A stretch of DNA of 28,589 nt from Clostridia bacterium. GTDB lineage: Bacteria > Bacillota > Clostridia > UMGS1883 > UMGS1540. Position 1 is the stretch's first letter, and each line of letters starts with the position of its first letter. Made by a program: the position numbers and the translations under genes. Below the pieces are notes generated by a model that worked only from the letters and a program-made list of their open reading frames with translations, was not told where the DNA came from and ran no database searches. Below, piece after piece: positions 1 to 9,036 of this stretch. Where the stretch lies: NCBI GenBank assembly GCA_045533905.1, contig JAZSIR010000018.1, positions 1 through 28,589 on the forward strand, read 5' to 3'.

Positions 1-126
1 CGTACCCAACCAACATTGAATTGCATATCTGCTTATCTTATATTTCTTGCTTAATTCATTCTGCGAGCAACCGGCATTGTATTCAGATACAATCTTTTCT
101 CTAATTCCTTGTGGATACTTTTTCAT
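1..126 (-). CDS. IS3-family transposase OrfA, N-terminal HTH part (partial; not in ORF track)
   Basis: Manual translation from ATG at 126 gives MKKYPQGIREKIVSEYNAGCSQNELSKKYKISRYAIQCWLGT, open to the window edge, with the typical OrfA pattern (Y..E/G.R.KIV..Y..G.S..EL..KY.IS...I..W). An in-frame ATA at 144 may be the real start. Confidence 0.75.
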   Translation of the reverse strand, partial: MKKYPQGIREKIVSEYNAGCSQNELSKKYKISRYAIQCWLGT

Positions 127-150
127 TCCTTTAATTCCTGATATAACAAA

Positions 151-185
151 ACCTCCTATGGTATTTTTATTCTACCATAGGAGGT
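151..185 (-). promoter_or_regulatory. RBS-sequestering inverted repeat overlapping an extended -10 promoter of the IS
   Basis: Perfect 13 bp inverted repeat ACCTCCTATGGTA (151-163) / TACCATAGGAGGT (173-185) containing AGGAGG. Minus strand has TGG-TAGAAT at 177-169. Confidence 0.7.
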
Positions 186-241
186 GCTTTTTTTCTATTG
201 TCCGTTTTTACTGGACTTGTTCAGCACTGACAGGCTTTTTA

Positions 242-1006
242 CTATTCGTTTATCCGCTCTACCCGGATAGCCCGGCCCTCGCTGTCCGTTTCCACAAAAA
301 CAGCGCGCACAGCGCGTTTTCCGTCCGCGCCCTCATATCCTCTTCTGACAGAGGAGGTAAAGCGTTCAATCGCCATTTCGGGTGTGGCGCCCAAAACAGA
401 ATTCACCGCGCCGCACATCCCCACATCCGTGATGAAGGCCGTACCGCCGGAAAGAATTGCCTCGTCCGCCGTCTGCACGTGGGTATGCGTGCCGCAAACG
501 GCGCTGACGCGCCCCGCCGCATATTCGGCAAGCGCCCGTTTTTCCCCCGTGGCCTCCGCGTGAAAATCTACGAAAATATGCGGTGTATCCACCGATTTTA
601 TCGCCGCATCCAGCGCCGCAAACGGGCTATCTGCCGGCATATCAATAAACACTCTTCCGATGAGATTGATAACGGCAAGCTTTTCACCGCGGTCGGTTGT
701 ATATACATACACACCTTCCCCCGGGTCCTTTTTCGGAAGGTTATGCGGACGGATGACAGGCATACTGTCCATAAGGTCAATCACTTCTTTTTTCGACCAG
801 ACGTGGTTGCCCATTGTGAATACATCCACGCCCGCGCGTGATAGAAGCTCCGCATGCTCACGGGTAAGACCAAAGCCGCCCGCGGCGTTTTCTGCATTTG
901 CAATGCACACCTCGGCGCCGTATTCCTTCCGCAAGCGGTTTATGTTTTCGAGTACGGCCTCGCGCCCCGGTCTTCCTACAATATCGCCAAAAAACAGTAT
1001 CTTCAT
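242..1006 (-). CDS. ymdB: YmdB-family (TIGR00282) metallophosphoesterase
   Basis: Motifs GDIVGRPG, NAENAAGG, TMGNH, VDFHAEATGEK, GTHTHVQTAD, TDVGMCG. Confidence 0.93.
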   Translation of the reverse strand: MKILFFGDIVGRPGREAVLENINRLRKEYGAEVCIANAENAAGGFGLTREHAELLSRAGVDVFTMGNHVWSKKEVIDLMDSMPVIRPHNLPKKDPGEGVYVYTTDRGEKLAVINLIGRVFIDMPADSPFAALDAAIKSVDTPHIFVDFHAEATGEKRALAEYAAGRVSAVCGTHTHVQTADEAILSGGTAFITDVGMCGAVNSVLGATPEMAIERFTSSVRRGYEGADGKRAVRAVFVETDSEGRAIRVERINE

Positions 1007-1015
1007 ACGTTTCCC

Positions 1016-1852
1016 CTATTTTCTGTGTTCCTTCATTTTTTCGAGGATGCTGTACGGAATTTCCATATTACCGAGGCCGCGGCCAATGGAAATATGCGGC
1101 TTCATGGCACCGTGGAAATCCGTGCCGCCCGAAATCAGAAGGTCGAGCTTTTTCGCAAGATCCTGATATTCTGTCTGCATCTCGGGTGTGTATTCCGTGT
1201 AGTAGCCTTCAATGCCGTCCATACCGGCGTCTTTCAGGTCACGGACAAAATCATAAAGTTCCTCGCCCTCGAGGCGTGTGAGGTGCAAGTGCGCTAAAAA
1301 TGCCATACCGCCTGCAGCTTTAATGAGCTCTACCGCGTCGCGCGGCGTGAGAAGCTGCAATGTGGAATAACCCGGTTTTCCGTTGGCAAGATACTTATCG
1401 AATGCTTCCTTTACGGAGGAAACATAGCCGCGGTTTGCCATCACACGTGCAAAATGCGCGCGGCCGATAATGCCGTTGGGGGCAAGCTCCATCGCATCCT
1501 CCACCGTTACGGGAAAGCCGATTTTGCGGAGATTTTCTGCTGTTTCATAGTTTCTCTGCATACGGACTCTGCGGATTTCCTCAAGCTTTTCCAAAAATGC
1601 AGGATTCTCAAGGTCTACGAAATAACCGAGTACGTGTGTTTCCGTTTTGAATTTTGCCGAAAGCTCGATGCCGGGGATCACTTCCACGCCGACCTCTTCG
1701 CCTCTTTGCATTGCTTCCGAAACGCCGTCAATTACGTCGTGATCCGTCAGAGAAATTGCGGCGAGGCCTGCTTTTTTTGCCTCATCTACTACGGCCGCAG
1801 GCTGCATGGCGCCGTCGCTCTTTACGGAATGGGTGTGTAAGTCAATAAACAT
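1016..1852 (-). CDS. PHP-domain phosphoesterase (TrpH/YciV-like)
   Basis: Motifs DLHTHS..SDG, LTDHD, GIELS, GRAHFA, AFLAH, GGTDFHG. RBS GAAGGAG upstream. Confidence 0.9.
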   Translation of the reverse strand: MFIDLHTHSVKSDGAMQPAAVVDEAKKAGLAAISLTDHDVIDGVSEAMQRGEEVGVEVIPGIELSAKFKTETHVLGYFVDLENPAFLEKLEEIRRVRMQRNYETAENLRKIGFPVTVEDAMELAPNGIIGRAHFARVMANRGYVSSVKEAFDKYLANGKPGYSTLQLLTPRDAVELIKAAGGMAFLAHLHLTRLEGEELYDFVRDLKDAGMDGIEGYYTEYTPEMQTEYQDLAKKLDLLISGGTDFHGAMKPHISIGRGLGNMEIPYSILEKMKEHRK

Positions 1853-1882
1853 ATTTTCGTCTCCTTCTATCCTAAGTCGTCG

Positions 1883-3949
1883 TTATGCCGCCGGGAATGT
1901 AACGGTGCCGCCCATCGGCAAAAGTGACCCAAGGGTTGCCCAGCAAAACGCCTTGAGGGATGCAATGCGCCCGGCCGTATTGTCTACGGGCAAGGTCAGC
2001 TTCAAGGTGGCGCCCACCGGAACATCCTCCGCCATCACGTACATCATATCTTCAAACGCGCCGTCGGCGGAATACCAGGCAAAAACCAGCACGGTATCCT
2101 CGTCCGCATTCACATTTGTAAACGAAATCGTTGCCTTGAATTTTCCCGTGGGAATGGCCGAAAGCTCTGTGCCCGCAGAATCCCGAATCGTAATGGAATT
2201 GATGCGGTATTGTTTCGGTGCATCGGCCTTCAGATATTTTTTCTCTGACCGGTCGCCCGCAAGCTCGGCGTAGCGGACGCCATCATCACTTTCCTTGATA
2301 ACGGTGTTTTCGCCTTTTGTTATGGTGCCTTCCACAGCTTTACCATCCGATTCGGTTCCCGTGCCGCCAATCATTTTTCCGCCACGTAGTATCACAGCAG
2401 GGTCATCCCTATTATTTCCCGGTTCCAGCGTAATAGCGTTATAACCGATTTTGCCGTCTCTGCTCACGCCCCCGATAATCGTACCGCCGTTGACGGTCAA
2501 ATCATCCGTTCTTACCCATATGGTGCCGTCATCCGGCTCCACGCCACGCGCCATAGCACCGCGGATTGTGCCGCCGTTTATCGTGATTTCGGTTCCGTAC
2601 CCGTCAATATATCCGTTTACGGTGCCGCCATCGATCTGCAAGCTCCCGACACACGTAACAATACCATTGATTTCCCCACTTTGCAATAAAATGGTTCCGT
2701 ATATTACGCTGATGCCATCCATAACCGTAGCCCCGTCAAGCAGCACATACGCATCCAGCCCTCCGAGTCCTCCGTTGATTGTGCCGTCTAAAATCCGCGC
2801 GATACCGCTTACGGAAACATCGCCGTTTATCACGCCGTTGCCGGTAAGTTCTATCGAGCCTACATCAATCATTTTTTCAGGGTCTCCGTCTTCATTCACC
2901 ATCTCCGTTACCGTCAGCGTATGTCCGTTCATATCCAGAATAAGAGGCGGTCTTTCCTCATAGCCCGGCGCCCCCGGCAAGCTTTCGCCGTTCAGTTTAA
3001 ACGGTTTTGTAGTTACATCGGAAAGGAGCGTTACTGTCTCCTGTGCTTCGCCGCTTACGGGGTCTTCTTCCACCTCGTATGTGCAGCTCCCCGGCTTTGC
3101 GAACTGCAGAAGCATATAAAGATGCGCACCGTTTGTACCTTCTGCAGCATAGATGTATTGATATGTGGGGGTCTTGGTTGTCAGAATGGTGTAATTTTCA
3201 CCGTCCGTACTGCCCCAGATGCAGTTGCCGCCCGAAATCACACCTGCAATGGCGGCAGCGGCCTTCGTTCGTCCGTTTCCGCCTGCAATTTTTCCGCCTT
3301 CCAGCGTAAGCGTACCATAGTTTTCAATCGCCACCCCGCCGACAGAGGCCATTACCGCACCGGGAACAGAAGGCGCACCGGGCACGACCTCCTCTTCTCC
3401 GGGGCGAAAACCGCCACCGCCGCCCGGAGAACTGCTGCCGGCCGAAGAGTTGCCACCGCCACCCAAAGAACCGCCCGGGGCATTCGTTTCGCTATCGGCA
3501 GTGTTTCCACCGCCAATTACGGAGATTTCGTCCGATACAATAAGCGTGCCGCGGTTTACGATTGCGGCTGCGCCGCTTTCGGCATCCGTGCCGCCCATAA
3601 TAAGCCCATCGCCGTACACGGTAAGGCTTGCCCCTTCGGGCACGGAAAAGCACGGAAACTTCCCGCCTGCCAAAATATTCTCGCGAACACGCAGAATTAC
3701 GGGGTTATCCGTCGGAATTTCAATCGTTTTGGAAAGGACTGTCTCCTCGGAAACCCACACCTCAAGCTCTCGCCTTTCCTCAATTATAGCCGCGCCTGGC
3801 GTCTCAGCATTAATAAGATCGCGCAGCTTTTCTTCAGCTGTGATACCGCCGTAATTTTCCGACCGCACCGCAGCAGAAGTGCTGACGGTGCCGCTCATAA
3901 AGATAAGTGCCGCCAGTATCCACGTCATACCTCTCAATTTCTTTTTCAT
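1883..3949 (-). CDS. Secreted/surface protein with Gly-rich beta-strand repeats (beta-helix-like), function unknown
   Basis: Start moved to ATG 3949 (AGGAGGAG at 3963-3956). MKKKLRGMTWILAALIFMSGTVSTSA is a Sec-type signal peptide. Contains repeated [IV].GGT[IV].G motifs and a Gly/Ser linker. Confidence 0.75.
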   Translation of the reverse strand: MKKKLRGMTWILAALIFMSGTVSTSAAVRSENYGGITAEEKLRDLINAETPGAAIIEERRELEVWVSEETVLSKTIEIPTDNPVILRVRENILAGGKFPCFSVPEGASLTVYGDGLIMGGTDAESGAAAIVNRGTLIVSDEISVIGGGNTADSETNAPGGSLGGGGNSSAGSSSPGGGGGFRPGEEEVVPGAPSVPGAVMASVGGVAIENYGTLTLEGGKIAGGNGRTKAAAAIAGVISGGNCIWGSTDGENYTILTTKTPTYQYIYAAEGTNGAHLYMLLQFAKPGSCTYEVEEDPVSGEAQETVTLLSDVTTKPFKLNGESLPGAPGYEERPPLILDMNGHTLTVTEMVNEDGDPEKMIDVGSIELTGNGVINGDVSVSGIARILDGTINGGLGGLDAYVLLDGATVMDGISVIYGTILLQSGEINGIVTCVGSLQIDGGTVNGYIDGYGTEITINGGTIRGAMARGVEPDDGTIWVRTDDLTVNGGTIIGGVSRDGKIGYNAITLEPGNNRDDPAVILRGGKMIGGTGTESDGKAVEGTITKGENTVIKESDDGVRYAELAGDRSEKKYLKADAPKQYRINSITIRDSAGTELSAIPTGKFKATISFTNVNADEDTVLVFAWYSADGAFEDMMYVMAEDVPVGATLKLTLPVDNTAGRIASLKAFCWATLGSLLPMGGTVTFPAA

Positions 3950-3994
3950 TTTGTGCTCCTCCTGTCTTTCGAAAAGGATTCCAAGTATATGTTT

Positions 3995-4023
3995 ATTATA
4001 CGATGTATACTGCAAAAAAGCAA
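3995..4023 (-). promoter_or_regulatory. sigmaA-type promoter for the surface-protein gene
   Basis: Minus strand TTGCTT (4023-4018), 17 bp, TATAAT (4000-3995). The -35 overlaps a short hairpin (4017-4039) after the CDF stop. Confidence 0.65.
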
Positions 4024-4039
4024 GGATTTTTCTTGCTTT

Positions 4040-5161
4040 CTAAACAAAGCTTCTGTCGAAGGTGATAACGGTGAAATAGTTCGGATTCCGGCCGGAAAGC
4101 GCCGTATCAATCATCTCTTTTAGGTCAGCATTTTTTATTTTGCAACCATGCGGCACTACAAGGTCAAAAATCAGATTCGTATGGCTCTCCCCGCTGACAA
4201 CGCGGAAATCGTGAAGCGTAAGTCCCATATCCATTTCCACAATAATGCCAATCACCATTTCCCGAAGTTTTTTCGTAAGAGCATCGTCCGTTTCCACGGG
4301 GTCGAGATGGATGGTGATCAGGACATTCAGCTCCTCGCGGACGCGCCGTTCGGCAAGGTCGATAACATCGTGAATTTTCAGAATATCGCAGTCTGCCGGC
4401 ACCTCAGCGTGCACCGAGGCGATAAACTGCCCCGGGCCGTAGTTATGTACAATCATATCGTGAAGGCCCGTAACGCCCGGGCACTCCAGGATTCTCTTTT
4501 CGATTTCCGAAACAAGCTCCGCAGGCGGCAGCTGCCCGAGGAGCGGCCCCACTGTGTCGCGCAAAATGCCGAATCCCGAGAAAATAACGAAACCGGAAAC
4601 AAAAAGACCAAGGACAGCATCCAGCGGAAACGCGGTTTTGCCTGCAAAGACGGCAACCAAAATCGTGGCGGTAGTAACGAGGACGTCATTGAGACTGTCA
4701 CGACCGGCGGCCATAAGTGCCGCCGAATTTATTTTTTTCCCAATGCGGCGGCTGTAAAGCCCCAAAAGGAGCTTTACCGGCACGGAAAGCACCAGAAGAA
4801 TAAGGGGCAGGAGCGAAAAATGCACGGCCGCAGGATGCACAATCTTATCAAAAGCATCCAGAAGAAGCTCCATACCCAAAAACAAAATAATGAACGAAAC
4901 GACGAGTGCGGAAATATATTCAATTCTGCCATGGCCGAAGGGATGTTCCTCGTCAGACGGTTTCTCCGCCATAGTGAACCCGATCAGCGCCACGAGCGAT
5001 GCGCCCATATCGGAAAGGTTATTGAAAGAATCGGCCGTAACCGAAGCGCTGCCCGAAACGGTTCCCGCAAAGAATTTAATGATAAAAAGACAGAAATTTG
5101 TAAGCAGCCCCGCCACGCTTCCGCAGCGCATATAGGCTTTCCTCGAAAGTTCCTTTTCCAT
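4040..5161 (-). CDS. Cation diffusion facilitator (CDF) family transporter
   Basis: Motifs ADSFNNLSD, DEEHPFGHGRIEY, DSLND, HDMIVHNYGPG, TIHLDP, with several TM segments. ATG 5161 has GAGGTG at 5173-5168 (the ORF track's GTG at 5170 is the alternative). Confidence 0.9.
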   Translation of the reverse strand: MEKELSRKAYMRCGSVAGLLTNFCLFIIKFFAGTVSGSASVTADSFNNLSDMGASLVALIGFTMAEKPSDEEHPFGHGRIEYISALVVSFIILFLGMELLLDAFDKIVHPAAVHFSLLPLILLVLSVPVKLLLGLYSRRIGKKINSAALMAAGRDSLNDVLVTTATILVAVFAGKTAFPLDAVLGLFVSGFVIFSGFGILRDTVGPLLGQLPPAELVSEIEKRILECPGVTGLHDMIVHNYGPGQFIASVHAEVPADCDILKIHDVIDLAERRVREELNVLITIHLDPVETDDALTKKLREMVIGIIVEMDMGLTLHDFRVVSGESHTNLIFDLVVPHGCKIKNADLKEMIDTALSGRNPNYFTVITFDRSFV

Positions 5162-5182
5162 TTTCTTCACCTCTTACCCGAA

Positions 5183-5211
5183 AGTATACCAAAAATACAG
5201 CAAAAAGTCAA
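5183..5211 (-). promoter_or_regulatory. sigmaA-type promoter of the CDF gene
   Basis: TTGACT (5211-5206), 17 bp, TATACT (5188-5183) preceded by TGG. Confidence 0.75.
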
Positions 5212-5253
5212 CGCGGAAGGGGTATTATTCTCTAATTTTTGGTATTTTTTCTA

Positions 5254-5282
5254 TTGACTTTTCCGCCTGTAAATGGTATACT
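5254..5282 (+). promoter_or_regulatory. sigmaA-type promoter of guaB
   Basis: TTGACT (5254-5259), 17 bp, TATACT (5277-5282) preceded by TGG. Confidence 0.8.
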
Positions 5283-5293
5283 GTACAGAATAA

Positions 5294-6781
<1,488 letters not shown>

Positions 6782-6790
6782 ATGAGGGAC

Positions 6791-6828
6791 AAAAGGGCTG
6801 TAAAAAAGAAGTTTTTACAGCCCTTTTT
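6791..6828 (+). terminator. Intrinsic terminator-like hairpin after guaB
   Basis: AAAAGGGCTGTAAAAA (6791-6806), 5 nt loop, TTTTTACAGCCCTTTT (6812-6827). Confidence 0.75.
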
Positions 6829-7050
6829 AAGGGGATAGAAAAAAAAGAGTCAGAACGCTAAAACTCCACCCGCAGCTGTACTTTGCGTACCGCAAGCGGT
6901 GGAGTTTTAGTGTAGCAAAAAGATTTACAAAATAAAGAAAAATCGAAAGAAGTGAGATTTTTAACCAAAAAAGAGGCTTCTAATGATTTGCACTTTCTGT
7001 TTTTTGCGTTTTCAGTATCTTTTTGCGGTCTGGACTTTTTTTACAGCCCC
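6795..7050. repeat. MITE-like / IS-remnant structured spacer with terminal inverted repeats
   Basis: GGGCTGTAAAAAA (6795-6807) is the exact reverse complement of 7037-7049. 6831-6863 is an imperfect inverted match to 7021-7050. Long internal hairpin at 6856-6912. No ORF. Confidence 0.5.
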
Positions 7051-7085
7051 TTTCTTTGCACCTTACGGAAAAGAGGAACCAGCGC

Positions 7086-7871
7086 ATGAACTATTCGATT
7101 TTTGACATGCACGTGCATGTCTTCCCCGACATCATTGCTAAAAAAGCGGCAGAAGGCACAGGCGCGCACTATGGCGTGCCGATGTTTGCCGACGGCACGT
7201 GGGATGCGTTTTCGAAAAGCTTTGAAAATGAGCCGCGTATAAAAAAATGTCTTATCCATTCCACCGCCACGAAGGCGGCACAGGTTGAGCACGTGAACGA
7301 CTTTGTGGCAAGCCTTATGTCGGACACGCGCCTCGGCTTTGGCTCCATGCATGCAGACTTTCCGGATATTGAAAAGGAAATTGACCGTATGATCAGCCTC
7401 GGTCTTCGCGGCATCAAGCTCCACACCGATTTTCAGGGCTTTGCGGCTGATGACGAAAAGGCGTTTCGCATTTATAAATACGCCGAAGGAAAGCTCCCCA
7501 TTCTCTTTCACGCAGGCGATAAAAACTTAGATTTTTCAAGCCCCAAAAGGCTTCGCCGCGTGCACGAGTGCTTTCCCCGTCTTACGATGATTGCCGCGCA
7601 TCTCGGCGGTTACGCTGTCTGGGACGAAGCGGAGGAATATCTTGTAGGGCAGGATATTTATTTTGATACCTCGAGCTGTCTACAAAGCCTTGCGCCCGAA
7701 AAAGCGGTGCACATTATTCGAAAGCACGGCGTAGACCGTTGCCTTTTCGGCACGGATTTCCCGATGCATGACCCGACACTTTGCATTGAAAAGCATTTGG
7801 AGCTTGGTCTTACCGAGGCAGAATACCAAAAAATATTTTGGGAGAATGCGCATTCTCTTTTGCGCATATAA
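7086..7871 (+). CDS. Amidohydrolase family protein (Amidohydro_2-like, metal-dependent TIM barrel)
   Basis: Motifs DMHVH, GIKLH, ILFHAG, IAAHLGG, YFDTS, LFGTDFP. ATG 7086 with AAGAGG upstream. Confidence 0.88.
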   Translation: MNYSIFDMHVHVFPDIIAKKAAEGTGAHYGVPMFADGTWDAFSKSFENEPRIKKCLIHSTATKAAQVEHVNDFVASLMSDTRLGFGSMHADFPDIEKEIDRMISLGLRGIKLHTDFQGFAADDEKAFRIYKYAEGKLPILFHAGDKNLDFSSPKRLRRVHECFPRLTMIAAHLGGYAVWDEAEEYLVGQDIYFDTSSCLQSLAPEKAVHIIRKHGVDRCLFGTDFPMHDPTLCIEKHLELGLTEAEYQKIFWENAHSLLRI

Positions 7872-7877
7872 AAAAGT

Positions 7878-8411
7878 ATGAAAAAACTATTTATTTCCTT
7901 TTTCAAAATCGGTCTTTTCACCTTCGGCGGCGGCTATGCTATGCTACCTGTCATTCAGCGCGAGATTGTGGACGGACGCGGCTGGTGCACCGAAGATGAG
8001 GTTCTCGACTATTACGCCATCGGGCAATGCACACCGGGCGTCATTGCCGTAAACACCGCCACGTTCGTTGGCTACAAGGTTGCCGGTATTTTCGGGGGCG
8101 TGGTGGCCACGTGCGCCGTGGTGCTTCCCTCACTTCTCATTATTACCGCCATTGCCGCCTGTCTTTCCTCGTTTGCTTCGTACCCCGTAGTGCAGCACGC
8201 GCTCGGAGGTGTGCGCGTTGCGGTGGCGGCACTTGTTTTCGAAACGGTGTGGAAGCTTTTTCGAAAAAATGTGCGCGCGGCTTTCTCGGCAGCAGTTTTC
8301 CTCGCGGCACTTTTAGCTTCACTTCTTTTTGACGTTTCTTCCGTCTATATCGTAGTGGCGGCCATTGTGCTCGGTCTTCTGTTTGGAACACGCGGGAGGG
8401 AAAAAGCATGA
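7878..8411 (+). CDS. Chromate transporter (CHR family, short chain), first subunit
   Basis: Motifs FFKIGLFTFGGGYAM and GQCTPGVIAVNTATFVG. Confidence 0.92.
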   Translation: MKKLFISFFKIGLFTFGGGYAMLPVIQREIVDGRGWCTEDEVLDYYAIGQCTPGVIAVNTATFVGYKVAGIFGGVVATCAVVLPSLLIITAIAACLSSFASYPVVQHALGGVRVAVAALVFETVWKLFRKNVRAAFSAAVFLAALLASLLFDVSSVYIVVAAIVLGLLFGTRGREKA

Positions 8412-8974
8412 TATATGTAAATCTCTTTTTCGCCTTCTTCAAAACCGGCCTTTTCGCGATGGGCGGCGGGCTTGCAACGCTCCCCTTCCTCTACGAAATT
8501 TCCGAAAAATACGGCTGGTTCTCTTCGGAAATGATAGCGGATATGCTCGCCATCTCGGAATCCACCCCGGGCCCTATCGGCGTTAATATGGCAACGTACG
8601 CAGGGTTTACCACCGCAGGCGTAGGTGGCGCCATTATAGCGACCGCAGGTCTTGTTCTCCCCTCGCTTCTCATTATTCTCGCGATTTCGGCCGCCATTTC
8701 GCGCTTTCGCGATAACCGCTATATAAATGATGCGTTCACCGCCATTCGTCCTGCGGTAGTCGCGCTGATTTTTCTCGCATTTTGGGAGGTTTTAAAGGCT
8801 TCCGTTTTAAACCTTCCTCAGTTTATGGAAACGAAGAATTTCGCATCGCTTTTCCACCTTCCGACGCTCGTTCTTTTCCTTCTCTTTTATGCGCTGTACC
8901 ATTTCGGCAAAAAGATACACCCCATCGTCCTCGTCCTTTTGGGCGCGGCGGCAGGGATTATTTTAGGTTTGTAA
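8408..8974 (+). CDS. Chromate transporter (CHR family, short chain), second subunit
   Basis: Motifs FFKTGLFAMGGG, SESTPGPIGVNMATYAG, IRPAVVALI. ATGA overlap with the previous gene. Confidence 0.92.
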   Translation: MIYVNLFFAFFKTGLFAMGGGLATLPFLYEISEKYGWFSSEMIADMLAISESTPGPIGVNMATYAGFTTAGVGGAIIATAGLVLPSLLIILAISAAISRFRDNRYINDAFTAIRPAVVALIFLAFWEVLKASVLNLPQFMETKNFASLFHLPTLVLFLLFYALYHFGKKIHPIVLVLLGAAAGIILGL

Positions 8975-8982
8975 AGAAAAAC

Positions 8983-9018
8983 AGAAAAGGCAGAAACGAA
9001 ATCGTTTCTGCCTTTTCT
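8983..9018. repeat. 36 bp palindrome, copy 1 (bidirectional terminator-like; left boundary of GRE cassette)
   Basis: AGAAAAGGCAGAAACGA-AA-TCGTTTCTGCCTTTTCT, perfect 17 bp arms, between convergent genes. Confidence 0.9.
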
Positions 9019-9036
9019 ATTTGCTTTGCGGCCTAC

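Larger units (their letters stand above)
1..223 (-). mobile_element. Left end of an IS3-family insertion sequence (continues off the window)
   Basis: Minus strand from 223 reads TGAACAAGTCCAGTAAAAACGGACA (199-223), resembling IS3-family terminal inverted repeats (TG...GGACA). It is followed by an internal promoter and an HTH-type OrfA, and is AT-richer than the adjacent gene. Confidence 0.75.

Noticed and set aside
47-1297. Long plus-strand ORFs (47..841, 660..1166, 854..1297)
   Set aside because: Antisense shadows of ymdB and the PHP gene, with no recognisable motifs.
3405-3480. GC-rich CCGCCACCG repeats as a tandem repeat or contingency locus
   Set aside because: Explained by the Gly-rich linker codons of the surface protein, with no perfect tandem array.
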